Assembly (NCBI GenBank): GCA_963811245.1
Contig: CAWEQL010000008.1
Location: forward strand, 8,134 to 72,133
Reading direction: 5' to 3'
DNA from: an uncultured Acidimicrobiaceae bacterium
GTDB taxonomy: Bacteria > Actinomycetota > Acidimicrobiia > Acidimicrobiales > Salinilacustritrichaceae
DNA length: 64,000 nt
Shown here: in pieces, positions 9,696-19,331 of the stretch
Layout: each line of letters opens with the position of its first letter
How positions within the stretch are numbered: the first letter of the stretch is position 1
Notes under the pieces: model-generated
Seen by the model: only the letters and a program-made list of their open reading frames with translations
Told to the model about the DNA's origin: nothing
The model's database searches: none
Made by a program: the position numbers and the translations under genes

Positions 9696-10493
9696 GTGGT
9701 GGAACCCGACGAGGAGGTGCTCCAGGGCGGCGTCGCCAACGCAGGAGCGGTCGTGCGAGTCGGAGCGGATGTGCTCAGGCCATCCAACGAGCATTCGCCT
9801 TCCATCTTCGAGTTCTTGTCCGAGCTCAGGTCGAACGGCTTCCGGCGAGCCCCTGAGCCGGTAGCGCTCGAGGCCGACGGTCGTGAACGCCTCCGGTTCA
9901 TTCCCGGCGACGTCGCGCTCCCTCCGTATCCCGACTGGATCCAGACGGACGATTCCCTGACGTCGATGGCGGAGCTCATCCGGGCGCTGCATGACGCATC
10001 CGTCGGCGTCGCCACTGCCGGCATGACGTGGAGCTCAGAGATGGCCGACCCTCGAGGCGGTCCCGTGATCTGTCACAACGACGTGTGCGTGGAGAACGTC
10101 GTGTTCCACGACGGTCGGGCTGTCGCGCTCCTCGACTTCGATTTCGCCGCACCGGGCCGTCGCACGTTCGACCTCGCCGCCTTCGCCCGGATGTGCGTTC
10201 CCGTCGACGACGATGTGAATTCGGCCAAGCTCGGATGGCACCCGTCTGATCGCCCAGGCCGGGTGCGTCTCGCATGCGATGCCTACGGACTCGACCTGGA
10301 GGGCAGAGCGGAGGTCCTCCACTCCCTCGACAGGTCCATCGCTCGAGGTGGCGAGTTCGTCCGGCGACGCGCTGAAGCAGGGGAGCCCGGGTTCGTGCAG
10401 ATGTGGACGGAGTTCGGCGGGATGGAACGCTTCGATCGACGCCGACGATGGTGGGTGAACACCCGGGCGCGGTTCGAGGCGGCACTTCTGTAG
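9696..10493 (+). CDS. Aminoglycoside phosphotransferase-like (APH/choline kinase fold) protein
   Basis: LQGGVAN, ICHNDVCVENVV, LLDFDFAAPG. Confidence 0.85.
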   Translation: MVEPDEEVLQGGVANAGAVVRVGADVLRPSNEHSPSIFEFLSELRSNGFRRAPEPVALEADGRERLRFIPGDVALPPYPDWIQTDDSLTSMAELIRALHDASVGVATAGMTWSSEMADPRGGPVICHNDVCVENVVFHDGRAVALLDFDFAAPGRRTFDLAAFARMCVPVDDDVNSAKLGWHPSDRPGRVRLACDAYGLDLEGRAEVLHSLDRSIARGGEFVRRRAEAGEPGFVQMWTEFGGMERFDRRRRWWVNTRARFEAALL

Positions 10494-10580
10494 GCATCGG
10501 CCGGGGTGTGCTTCGGGGTCTCGACAGGCGAGCAGGTGGACGTCCAGCTACGAGCGGGGGCACTTGCGGGTTCGGTATCG

Positions 10581-10947
10581 ATGCTTGACACTGGCGGTGT
10601 GGAGATCGAGAGGGGGTACGTCCCCGAGCAGGCTGTGACGACAGCCGACGAGCTCCACGCCATTCTCGGCGAGCAGTTCGACAGCCAGGTCAACAAGGTG
10701 ATCGATCACGTCGACGACCACTGCCGGGCGTGGATCGAGCGCAGCCCGTTTGGCCGTGCCTGATCGCCCCGGAAACCACCGAGGTGACACGTTCCGCAAC
10801 GTGTGGGAGCCGGATCTCTGGGGCCCCGTCGACGGGCTACCCAGCTACGCATGCGCCCTGGTCGATCATGCCGCGCTGGACACCCCGCTTGACGAGGTGG
10901 AGTGGATGATGAACTTCAACGAGGAGCACCGGCTCTACGACGATTGA
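10581..10947 (+). pseudogene. FMN-binding PPOX-type (MSMEG_1061-like) gene with internal deletions
   Basis: KVIDHVDDHCRAWIERSPF joined to VPDRPGNHRGDTFRNV and then WEPDLW..RLY; intervening segments missing. Confidence 0.65.
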
Positions 10948-10964
10948 GCCCAGTCGTGCCAACC

Positions 10965-11146
10965 GACCCGAGGCAGGTGCACGTCCTCGTTTTTTCGAGT
11001 CCGAGGCGAAGGCGCACGAGCGCGAGGACGATCCGCGCCGCCAGGATGCACTCGTCCCCGTCCGGGAGAAGATGGCCGAGATCTTCGAGGGTCCGCCCGC
11101 CTTCACCGACCTCACCGCCGTCGTCGAGCGGACGTACGGGCGATGA
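10965..11146 (+). pseudogene. C-terminal remnant of an ABM-like small alpha/beta-barrel protein
   Basis: DPRQVHVLV/FESEAKAHEREDDPRR..EIFEGPPAFTDL*; no start or N-terminal half. Confidence 0.5.
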
Positions 11147-11232
11147 CCACGATCCGTGACGAGGTGACGAGGGAGATCGCGGCGACACCGGAGACGGTGT
11201 GGTCGTTGGTGGCCGACGTGACCCGGATGACG
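11143..11232 (+). pseudogene. N-terminal remnant of an SRPBCC protein
   Basis: MTTIRDEVTREIAATPETVWSLVADVTRM, after which similarity is lost. Confidence 0.55.
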
Positions 11233-11330
11233 GTGTCCGATTCCGGCGTTTCCGTCGTTGGCTACGGTCGCGTCGTGGACGACCCCGAGGCCACTCGCAA
11301 CCGCCGGTGCGAACATCGGCGGGCCGAGAG

Positions 11331-11912
11331 ATGAACGCACGCTTCCTGTTCCGGGCGCTGCCACAGATGCTCCTGGCGCCGCTGCGGGTGCGACGGAACC
11401 CACTGTCCGCCCCCCGGGGTCCCGAGCACTACGAGCCCACATCGCTGGCCGCGGACCTGGATGCCACCACGGTGAGGGCCGCCGACGTGCCCGTCGGCCA
11501 CACCCGCACCATGCCGGCCGGTGAGTGGGCGCCGCCGGTGCTCGCCGGATGTGACGAGCCCTTGGCGCCCGGAGCCCCGGACCTTCGCGGGGTGTGGCAG
11601 GTGCACCGGGGTCCGATGAAGGGCCACGTCGAGCGCATCGAGCAAGCCGGGAACCGAGTGGTCATCACCGTTGGGGGTCTTGTCCACGACATGTTCGTCG
11701 ACGGCACGCTGGCGGGCGGTGTGAACGACGTCGCCGCTGGTGGGGGTGGCGCCATCGCGGTGGCGGCCCGCTTCGAGCACGGTCGACTCAACCTGTATCC
11801 CGCTGACCGGGGCATCGTCGCCGTCACCCGCTACCGGGACGGCGATGAGATGGTGTGGAGGTGGGGCATCTGGCGCAACCGCCTGCGCCGGGTACCGCTC
11901 CCTGAGGCATAG
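11331..11912 (+). CDS. Hypothetical protein
   Basis: Coding-like composition; PVLAGCDEPLAPGAPDLRGVW..HVERIEQAGNRVVIT..HDM. Confidence 0.7.
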   Translation: MNARFLFRALPQMLLAPLRVRRNPLSAPRGPEHYEPTSLAADLDATTVRAADVPVGHTRTMPAGEWAPPVLAGCDEPLAPGAPDLRGVWQVHRGPMKGHVERIEQAGNRVVITVGGLVHDMFVDGTLAGGVNDVAAGGGGAIAVAARFEHGRLNLYPADRGIVAVTRYRDGDEMVWRWGIWRNRLRRVPLPEA

Positions 11913-12053
11913 GGGACAGGCTCTCTGCGGACCGGAGCGCACCGGTCCCTCGTGATGTGGGCCGCGGCCACGGACCGTCCGGGGGGAGGAGAGGACGTGC
12001 TCATGGACGTCTGGTCGTCCTGAGCACGAGGTCCTCGCCTGAAACGCGCCAAC

Positions 12054-12080
12054 CGATGACTTCTGGCCCCTCGCTTCGTC
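12054..12080 (+). promoter_or_regulatory. Candidate SigG/ECF56-type promoter CGATGA-N18-GTC
   Basis: CGATGA at 12054-12059 and GTC at 12078-12080, upstream of the VOC-sigma operon. Confidence 0.55.
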
Positions 12081-12116
12081 CACCCGGTGATACCGAACGA
12101 CGACGAGGAGTCCACC

Positions 12117-12530
12117 ATGTCCCTGCACCCGTACCTGTTCTTCACCGGCACCTGCCGGGAGGCCATGACCCGCTATCAGGAGATCTTCGGCGGCGAGCTC
12201 TTCGTGATGTCGTTCGACGAGCTCCCGGACGGCAACGACCCGCCGGCGCCCGTGGACCCCGAGGCCGTGATGCACGCCGCACTCCAGTTCGGCGACGACC
12301 TCCTCATGGCGTCGGACGATCCGACCGGCGACGGGGGTGGGACCAAGGGCGTGGCGGTGAGCGTCCAGCTCGCCGACCCGGATGAGGCGACCCGGATCTT
12401 CTCCGCACTCGCCGGTGGCGGCGAGGTCCAGATGCCGCTGAGCGAGACGTTCTTCTCGCCCCTGTTCGGCACCTGCACGGACCGGTGGGGCGTGGCCTGG
12501 ATGGTCAACGTGGTCCAGGACCAGGGCTGA
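12117..12530 (+). CDS. VOC family protein (PhnB-like)
   Basis: LHPYLFFTGTCREA, VMHAAL, MPLSETFFSPLFGTCTDRWGVAW. Confidence 0.9.
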   Translation: MSLHPYLFFTGTCREAMTRYQEIFGGELFVMSFDELPDGNDPPAPVDPEAVMHAALQFGDDLLMASDDPTGDGGGTKGVAVSVQLADPDEATRIFSALAGGGEVQMPLSETFFSPLFGTCTDRWGVAWMVNVVQDQG

Positions 12531-12718
12531 TGCCAGCCCCCGACCTCGGCGCGGTCGACGAGCTGTGCCGGCTCGCCCTCGTCGCGGAACGGCTGGGCTG
12601 TCGGATCCGGATCCTCGACGCCACCCCGGATGTCCGCGACCTGCTGGTGCTGGCCGGCGTCGACGAACTGCTCCTCGATCCACCCCGTCGGCATCCGGAT
12701 CTACCATGTCCGCGGTGA
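12530..12718 (+). CDS. Short STAS-like protein (possibly truncated)
   Basis: PDLGAVDELCRLALVAERLGCRIRILDATPDVRDLLVLAGVDELL. Confidence 0.5.
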   Translation: MPAPDLGAVDELCRLALVAERLGCRIRILDATPDVRDLLVLAGVDELLLDPPRRHPDLPCPR

Positions 12719-13683
12719 CCACCTCGGCGCCCGCCGTCACCGCCGCCGACTTCGAGCAGCACCGTCGCGAGCTCACCGGCTTCTGCTACCGGATGCTCGG
12801 CGCCGGATCGGAGGCCGAGGACGCCGTCCAGGAGACCTTCGTGAAGGCCTGGCAGGCCGCCGACCGCTTCGAGGGCCGCAGCTCGGTGCGGACGTGGCTG
12901 TTCCGCATCGCGTCGAACGTGTGCATCGACATGGGACGGAGCCCGCAGCGGCGGGCCCGGCCGGTCGATCTCGGACCGGTCCGTTCGCCCGAGCCACGAC
13001 ACCTCGCCGATGTGCTCCCGGAGGACCGTTGGATCACGCCGGTGGCCGACGACCGCGTCCTCGACCTCGACGGCGACCCAGCCGTGGTGGCGGCCGGTCG
13101 AGAGAGCATCCGCCTGGCCTTCGTTGCCGCTCTGCAACGCCTGCCACCTCGCCAGCGGGCCGCGCTCGTGCTGGCCGAGGTGCTGGCCTGGCCGGTCCGT
13201 GACATCGCCGAGCTCCTCGACGCCTCGGTGCCCGCGATCAACAGCGCGCTGCAACGGGCACGGGCCACGTTGGCGCAGGATCCAGTGGCACCAATTGGTC
13301 CGCTGACCCCGGCGCAGGAGGAGCTGCTGCGCCGGTACGTCGATGCGTTCGAGCGGTACGACATGGACGCCCTCGCCGCCCTGCTCCACGAAGACGCCAT
13401 CCAGACCATGCCCCCGTACGCCATGTGGCTCCAGGGCCGAGACGACCTCATCACCTGGTACGCCGGCCCCGGCATCGAGTGCAAGGGCTCGCGGCTGCTG
13501 CGCGGGTGGGCCAACGGCTGCCCCGCCTTCGCCCAGTACCGGGTCGACCCGGGCGGCGGCCACGCCCCCTGGGCGCTCCAGGTGCTCGAGCTCCGCGACG
13601 ACCGCATCGCTCAGGTCCACGCCTTCCTCGACACCGGGGACTGCTTCCCGCGTTTCGGCTTCCCCGACCACCTGCCGGCCTGA
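12706..13683 (+). CDS. ECF sigma factor, SigG-like, with C-terminal SnoaL domain
   Basis: CYRMLG..AEDAVQET..WLFRIASNVCID; LPPRQRA; MPPYAMW, ANGCPA. Confidence 0.9.
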   Translation: MSAVTTSAPAVTAADFEQHRRELTGFCYRMLGAGSEAEDAVQETFVKAWQAADRFEGRSSVRTWLFRIASNVCIDMGRSPQRRARPVDLGPVRSPEPRHLADVLPEDRWITPVADDRVLDLDGDPAVVAAGRESIRLAFVAALQRLPPRQRAALVLAEVLAWPVRDIAELLDASVPAINSALQRARATLAQDPVAPIGPLTPAQEELLRRYVDAFERYDMDALAALLHEDAIQTMPPYAMWLQGRDDLITWYAGPGIECKGSRLLRGWANGCPAFAQYRVDPGGGHAPWALQVLELRDDRIAQVHAFLDTGDCFPRFGFPDHLPA

Positions 13684-13714
13684 GTCGGCCTCGGCACCAC
13701 CGGGATCCAGACGC

Positions 13715-14341
13715 ATGCGACCGCTCCGCTATTCGATCAACGTCACGCTCGACGGGTGCTGCGACCACCGGGTGGGCATCCCCGACGAGGAGCTGCACCG
13801 CCACCACGCCGAGAACCTCGAGCGGGCCGATGCGCTCCTCTTCGGACGCGTGACCTACCAGATGATGGAGGAAGCCTGGCGCCGGACCGATGCGGGAACG
13901 TGGCCCGACTGGATGGCGGACTGGATGATCCCGTTCGCGCAGACGATCGACGAAGCGGAGAAGTACGTCGTGTCGAGCACGCTCGAGCAGGTCGACTGGA
14001 ACGCGTCCCTGGTGACGGGCGACCTGCGGCGCGCGGTCGAGCGGCTCAAACAGGAACCCGGCTCCGGCATCGCCGTGGGAGGCGTCACGCTTCCGCTCGC
14101 CCTGGCGAACATGGGACTGATCGACGAGTATGAGTTCGTCGTGCTGCCGGTCGTCGCCGGCCACGGACCGAGCGTGCTCGCCGGTCTCAGCGAGCGGCTC
14201 GACCTCACGCTGATCGGGCGCAAGGAGCTCCGGTCGGGCGCGATCGCTCTGCGCTACCGGCCGGGTATGGCCCGTCCCGTCGGAGTCGACGGGACGAGCA
14301 CACCCTCGGACGGTCGCCCTCAGCTGCCCGGCGGGCGGTAG
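13715..14341 (+). CDS. Dihydrofolate reductase/RibD C-terminal family protein
   Basis: SINVTLDG, LLFGRVTYQMM, GLIDEYEFVVLPVVAGHG. Confidence 0.9.
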   Translation: MRPLRYSINVTLDGCCDHRVGIPDEELHRHHAENLERADALLFGRVTYQMMEEAWRRTDAGTWPDWMADWMIPFAQTIDEAEKYVVSSTLEQVDWNASLVTGDLRRAVERLKQEPGSGIAVGGVTLPLALANMGLIDEYEFVVLPVVAGHGPSVLAGLSERLDLTLIGRKELRSGAIALRYRPGMARPVGVDGTSTPSDGRPQLPGGR

Positions 14342-14640
14342 GCCACCGAGCGCTCGATGGCCGAGTCGGCCTCCTCCAGCGTGAGGAGCTTGATGGTCCT
14401 GATCGTCGTGCTGCCGCTCGCCCCGACGGTGAACGCGGCAGCGGCAGCGGCATCGTCGTCGGGGAGGTCGACCACCACGTAGGCGTCGACGTCACCGAAG
14501 GCGAAGTGGAACGAGTCGAGGCTTCCGCCGAGCCCGGTCGCCATGTCGTTGACGGCCTTGGCACGGCTGGACGCACCGGCATCCTTCAGGCCGCGTACGC
14601 CCTCCGGGGTGTACTTCGCTTCGAACAGGTACTTGGGCAT
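14320..14640 (-). CDS. GYD domain protein
   Basis: MPKYLFEAKYT..GGSLDSFHFAFGDVD..YRPPG. Confidence 0.85.
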   Translation of the reverse strand: MPKYLFEAKYTPEGVRGLKDAGASSRAKAVNDMATGLGGSLDSFHFAFGDVDAYVVVDLPDDDAAAAAAFTVGASGSTTIRTIKLLTLEEADSAIERSVAYRPPGS

Positions 14641-14652
14641 TTGTTGGTCCCT

Positions 14653-15312
14653 TCATGGGGTGGATTGATGGATGAGATCTCGGTCGACGCGACGGAGCAG
14701 GCGGTGTGCGGCGCTGCCGGCCAGGAACAATGGGCCGGCGTCGTCGATCCGCTCGAGGTAGGTGGCGTCGGCGTTGCGGGCGGCGGTCGATGCGTCGACG
14801 TCCTCCCAGGAATCGGCCAAGCTGATCCAGGTGAGGCTCCCCCCGGGGCCGTAGAGGCTGCGGACGAGGGCGCCATCGAGGCCGGTGATCTTGGAATGGC
14901 GACTCAGGATGTCGACGGCCCACGCCATCGCCTCCGCGATCCGGCCGGGGGCGCAGCGAGCGGTGGAGACCGAGGCCAGACAGCCGGTGCTTCCGCCGGA
15001 TCCGGCCAGGTGGACGATCTCGCCGATGGCGTCCTCGACCGGGCCGGTGAAGACGACGCCGACGCTGGCGGAGATCCGTCGCTGGTACCCGGCATCGGCG
15101 GCCAACGTCGCCAGCGCGGCGGCCATCGCCGTCTGGGACTCCACCCGTGCGGAGTAGGAGACCGTGCCGACCGCGCCGCCGTACGCGGTGACCCACGGGA
15201 CGATGTCGAGCCCCGTGGCGTCCGAGGCATGGCGGCTCATGTCGAGCGCGAAGGCGTGCGCCTCGCCGGCATGGGCGGGGTCGATCGTCCGGCTTCTCGT
15301 GAACAGGTGCAT
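14653..15312 (-). CDS. Hypothetical protein with two tandem alpha/beta-barrel (ABM-like) repeats
   Basis: Internal duplication: EAHAFA..YGGAVGT..DAGY versus EAMAWA..YGPGGS..DATY. Confidence 0.7.
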   Translation of the reverse strand: MHLFTRSRTIDPAHAGEAHAFALDMSRHASDATGLDIVPWVTAYGGAVGTVSYSARVESQTAMAAALATLAADAGYQRRISASVGVVFTGPVEDAIGEIVHLAGSGGSTGCLASVSTARCAPGRIAEAMAWAVDILSRHSKITGLDGALVRSLYGPGGSLTWISLADSWEDVDASTAARNADATYLERIDDAGPLFLAGSAAHRLLRRVDRDLIHQSTP

Positions 15313-15368
15313 CGTGGAGGCCTCCCCCGGCCGCGTGCGGCCGACGTGGAGCATCCTCCGACCGATCG

Positions 15369-15385
15369 GTTACAGCGGCGCGTCA
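15369..15385 (-). promoter_or_regulatory. Motif TGACGCGCCGCTGTAAC upstream of the 15312 gene
   Basis: 16/17 identical to 18926-18942. Confidence 0.55.
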
Positions 15386-18300
15386 CCTCGTCGGGCCTGG
15401 CGCACCTGGGCGGTGATCGTCGCCGATCCGCACTCCGTCGCGATGTCCTCGGCTCGGTCCAGCCAGGCCCGGCTCTGCGCATCGAGGGCGCCGTTGCGTC
15501 GCTGCTGTGACACGGCCATTGCCACGAGGGTCGTGGCCTCGTGGTAGCGCCATCCGAAGGTGAGGTTCACGTCGAGTGCCCGCCGCAGGTGGACGTCGGC
15601 GACGTCGTGGTGGCCGAGCAGGGATGCCAGCTTGCCGAGGTAGGCGCCGATGTGGCCCTGGCTGGTGGCGCCGTTGAAGGCGACCTGGCCTCCGAAGGGC
15701 TCGAGGATGGGGTACAGCTCGGCGGCGGCGTCGCGGTCGGCGAGCTCGATGGCCAGCACGGCGTAGCCGACGACGGCGGTCATCCATTGGTGGTCGCGAG
15801 GGATGTCGGCGAACCCGGCGGCGGCCCCCGCGGCGAGGACGGCCGTGGCCTCTGCCTCCCGTCCGATCACGGCGCAGCTGATGGCGTGGGCGAGCCGGAA
15901 GGGGACCGACGCCGGGTCGGCCGCGATGGCCTGCTCGAGCAGCGGCACCACGTCGTCGTAGCGTCCGGCGAACGACCGGTTCATGAACAACTGTCCGGCG
16001 TAGAGCATGAAGGCGACCGGCTCACCGATCTCCGTGCCGATGCCGAGCGCCCGTTCCGCTTCCCGCTCACCGTCGACGAACCGGGCCTCCATGACGTCCT
16101 CGAACGCCTGGAACACGGCCAGGTTCCACACCATTCGGGGTTCGCCGATCTCGGCCGCGAGTGCCTGCATCGTGCGTCGGCTCGCCTGGGCCGACTCGGC
16201 GTCTGCGGCGACGATGGCGACGAAGTACCGCGCCCGGTGCGCCGAGAACATCAGCGCCGGGTCGGCGGACGATGCGGCGAGCTCCACGGCCCGGGCGGTG
16301 AGCCGGCGTTGGAGGTCCAGGGTGTCGTGGCCCCACAGGGCAAAGACGAGCGCCGAGATCATGCCGGGCAGCAGCGTGGGATCGTCGCTGGTCTCGCTCA
16401 GGTCGATGGCTCGGTGCGCGGCGGCGAAGCGCTCGTCCTGGCGTGCGGTGGACCCGAGCTCCTGGGCGAGGCAGGCCAGGAGGCGCGCGTACGTGGCGTG
16501 GTCCGAGGGGTCGGCGGCGGCGAGGGCGGCTTCGAGCGCGGCGAGTTGCTCGTCGTCGGCCCCGCCGCTCGGCGTGAAGCCGCGGTCGTTGGCGAGGGTC
16601 GCCCGGATCAGCACGTCGTCCGCTCCGGCGTCCTCGGCCAGGCGGGCGGCGTCGAGGAGCGTGCGGGAGGCCCGGGGATCGCCGGCCTGCCGGCGGGCTT
16701 CGCCCAGCCGGAGCACGAGGGCGGCTCGCTCGGCGGCGGGAACCTGGCGCTCGTCGGCGTAGGCGAGGGCGCGCTCGCACCACGCCGCCGCCTCGGACGG
16801 CGCCACGTGACCGAAGGCGTGGTCGGCGGCGGCGACCGCCCAGCGCTGGGCTGCGGTCAGGTCACCGGCGAGGGCGGAGTGCCGGGCCAGCTCCACGACG
16901 GTGTCGGGGCGCGGCGCCTCGTCGATGCGCCGGAAGACCTGGACGGCTCGGCCGTGGAGGCGGCGCCTTTGCCGGGGAGCCAGCTCCGAGTACAGGGCGT
17001 GGGCGACGAGGGCGTGGGTGAACCGGAGCGGTCTCCGGGGGTCGCCGGTGTCGATCAGCAGGCCGGCGCCGATGGCGGCGTCCAAGGCGGAGCTCACGTC
17101 TGCCGCCGGCTCCTCGCACACCGATGTCAGGACGTCGTCGTCGAAGTCCACGCCGAGAACCGAGGCGATGCGGAGGATGCCGGCTGTGCGATCGCCGAGG
17201 GCCTGCACCCGGCTCCACACCACCTCGAGGAGGCTGCGGGGGATGGCGCTGGTGAGGTGCTGGTCGGCGAGTCGAAGTTGTCCGTCATCGACGACGAGCC
17301 CATCGGTCTCCCAGAGGTGCCGGACGAGTTGGGCGGCGTACAGCGGGTTGCCCGCCGTCTCGTCGTGGAGCTGGGCCACGACGTCGGTACCGACGGACGG
17401 GCCGCCGGTGAGCGACCCGACGAGGCGTCCCAGCTCGTCGTCGTCGAAGCCCGTCAACGAGATCCGACGGCAGCGACCTCGATCGAGGTCGGCCAGTGCC
17501 GATCGCAGCTCATCGGACGCATCGGCATCGGTGTCCCGGTACCCGGCCACGATGAGCACCGGCGCATCCACCAGGGAACGACCGAGGTGTCGGAGCAGGA
17601 GCAGGGCGGTGGGTTCGGCCCAGTGCACGTCGTCGAGGATCAGGGTCAACGACCCGCCGGCCGCCGCCCGGCGCAACAGATCCACGATCGCCTCGAACAG
17701 CTGGTGGCGCACGGTGGCGTCGTCGGCGGGCCGTGGTGGCGGGGTCCAGAGACGCTCGACGAGATGCGGGGCGATGCGTTGCAGCTCGCCTCCACACCGT
17801 TCGCCGTGGGCGCGGAGCAGGCCGAGCGGGGCGTGTTCCACGATGGTGGCGACGATGCTGCGGAACGGTTCGAGGGGCACCTCGGCGCCTTCGCTGCAGC
17901 GACCATAGGCGACCACGTTGCCGCCTCGGCCGTGGTGCGCCCCCGCGAAGGCGGCGAGAAGCGTGGTCTTGCCGATGCCGGCTTCGCCACCGAGGACGGC
18001 GCTGCGCATCGATCCCGATCGCGTCGCCACGAGGTCGGACGCCAGCCACGACATCTCGCGGTCGCGTCCGATCAGCGCCGGGGCCTCGGCGAGCTCGCCG
18101 TGCAGCGGGAGCCGGACGACGGGCACCGTTGTGGGACGCTCGGCCGGCGGGGCGGTGCCTCCGGTGTCGCCCTCGTCGTCATCCCAACCGGCGGCGATCC
18201 GCCGCTCGATCGAGCGCACGAACTCCGACGGCTCCAAGCCGATCTCCTCGGCGAGCAAGCCGCGGTACGCCTGGTAGGCGCGCAACGCGTCAGCGTGCCG

Positions 18301-18876
18301 GCCGTCGCTGGCGAGAGCGGCCATGAGCAGCCCGCGCGGCCGGTCCCGGAGGGGGTTGGCGGCGATGTGGGCCTCGAGCGACGCCACCGCCTCGCCGGCC
18401 CGTGATCGGGCGATCAAGAGCTGCGCCCGGTCCTCGATGGCCAGCGCTCGCAGCTCGTCGAGGCGGGCGACCTCCGGAGCCGCCCACGGTTCGTGTCGGA
18501 ACTCGTCGAGTGCCTCGCCGTCCCACAAGGCGAGTGCCTCGTCCAGTGCCGCCAGGCGGTCGGGGTCGTCGGGACGCTCGACCAGGAGATCGGTGAACAT
18601 GACGGCGTCGACGGCGCAGGTGATGCGGTAGCCGGCCGAGTCGGTTCGGATCACGTCCTCGCCGATGCCGGCGCGCAGGCGTGACACCGTCGTGCGGAGC
18701 GCACCGGTCGTCAGGTCGAGGCTGTCGCTCAGGTGCTCGCTGCGTTGCGTCGTCCCCGAGGCCAGCGCGAGAGCGGCGAGGAGCCGGCGCTGCGGCGCGC
18801 TCGGGAGATCGACCAATTCGCCTCGGTCGGTGACGAACCGCACCGCGCCGAGGATGCGGACGTGCGCGGCCGCCAC
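15370..18876 (-). CDS. SARP/BTAD plus AAA ATPase large transcriptional regulator
   Basis: LALWDGEALDEF, PLRDRPRGLLMAAL, GEAGIGKT, LILDDVHWA, TAGNPLY. Confidence 0.9.
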   Translation of the reverse strand: MAAAHVRILGAVRFVTDRGELVDLPSAPQRRLLAALALASGTTQRSEHLSDSLDLTTGALRTTVSRLRAGIGEDVIRTDSAGYRITCAVDAVMFTDLLVERPDDPDRLAALDEALALWDGEALDEFRHEPWAAPEVARLDELRALAIEDRAQLLIARSRAGEAVASLEAHIAANPLRDRPRGLLMAALASDGRHADALRAYQAYRGLLAEEIGLEPSEFVRSIERRIAAGWDDDEGDTGGTAPPAERPTTVPVVRLPLHGELAEAPALIGRDREMSWLASDLVATRSGSMRSAVLGGEAGIGKTTLLAAFAGAHHGRGGNVVAYGRCSEGAEVPLEPFRSIVATIVEHAPLGLLRAHGERCGGELQRIAPHLVERLWTPPPRPADDATVRHQLFEAIVDLLRRAAAGGSLTLILDDVHWAEPTALLLLRHLGRSLVDAPVLIVAGYRDTDADASDELRSALADLDRGRCRRISLTGFDDDELGRLVGSLTGGPSVGTDVVAQLHDETAGNPLYAAQLVRHLWETDGLVVDDGQLRLADQHLTSAIPRSLLEVVWSRVQALGDRTAGILRIASVLGVDFDDDVLTSVCEEPAADVSSALDAAIGAGLLIDTGDPRRPLRFTHALVAHALYSELAPRQRRRLHGRAVQVFRRIDEAPRPDTVVELARHSALAGDLTAAQRWAVAAADHAFGHVAPSEAAAWCERALAYADERQVPAAERAALVLRLGEARRQAGDPRASRTLLDAARLAEDAGADDVLIRATLANDRGFTPSGGADDEQLAALEAALAAADPSDHATYARLLACLAQELGSTARQDERFAAAHRAIDLSETSDDPTLLPGMISALVFALWGHDTLDLQRRLTARAVELAASSADPALMFSAHRARYFVAIVAADAESAQASRRTMQALAAEIGEPRMVWNLAVFQAFEDVMEARFVDGEREAERALGIGTEIGEPVAFMLYAGQLFMNRSFAGRYDDVVPLLEQAIAADPASVPFRLAHAISCAVIGREAEATAVLAAGAAAGFADIPRDHQWMTAVVGYAVLAIELADRDAAAELYPILEPFGGQVAFNGATSQGHIGAYLGKLASLLGHHDVADVHLRRALDVNLTFGWRYHEATTLVAMAVSQQRRNGALDAQSRAWLDRAEDIATECGSATITAQVRQARRGDAPL

Positions 18877-18925
18877 AGATGTCCCTCCTGGTCCTTCTTC
18901 GGTCCGAGCGTACGGCAGCTCACGC

Positions 18926-18942
18926 TGACGCGCGGCTGTAAC
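18926..18942 (+). promoter_or_regulatory. Motif TGACGCGCGGCTGTAAC upstream of the 19000 gene
   Basis: 16/17 identical to the reverse complement of 15369-15385. Confidence 0.55.
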
Positions 18943-18999
18943 GCCGGTGCGACACGCTGCGGCCCCCTTCTCCAACCAACCAGCGATCGGAACGACACC

Positions 19000-19260
19000 A
19001 TGTCCAAGCTCTTCATGCACCATCCCGTGGCCGACTTCGACGCCTGGCGGCCCGTCTACGACGGCGACGCCGCCCGTCGGGACGCCGCCGGTCTGACCAA
19101 CGTCCGTGTGCTCCGCGATGTCGACGATCCCACGTCGGTGTGGCTCGTCGCCGACGGCAGTGCCTCCGACATGGAGGAGATGCTGCGCGATCCGGCCCTT
19201 GCCGAGACGATGCAGGCGGCCGGCGTCACGGGGCCGCCGGAGCTGTTCGTCTCGGGCTGA
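19000..19260 (+). CDS. Small ABM/cyclase-like protein
   Basis: HHPVADFDAWRPVYD..RDVDDP..MQAAGVTGPP. Confidence 0.8.
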   Translation: MSKLFMHHPVADFDAWRPVYDGDAARRDAAGLTNVRVLRDVDDPTSVWLVADGSASDMEEMLRDPALAETMQAAGVTGPPELFVSG

Positions 19261-19331
19261 TCCGGTCGATCTGCGGGCAACACCCACGGCGCGGCCGTGG
19301 AGGACGTCCACGGATCTCCGCCCGGCGGTCG

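Noticed and set aside
15541-18405. 954-aa plus-strand ORF
   Set aside because: Antisense shadow of the SARP-ATPase gene.
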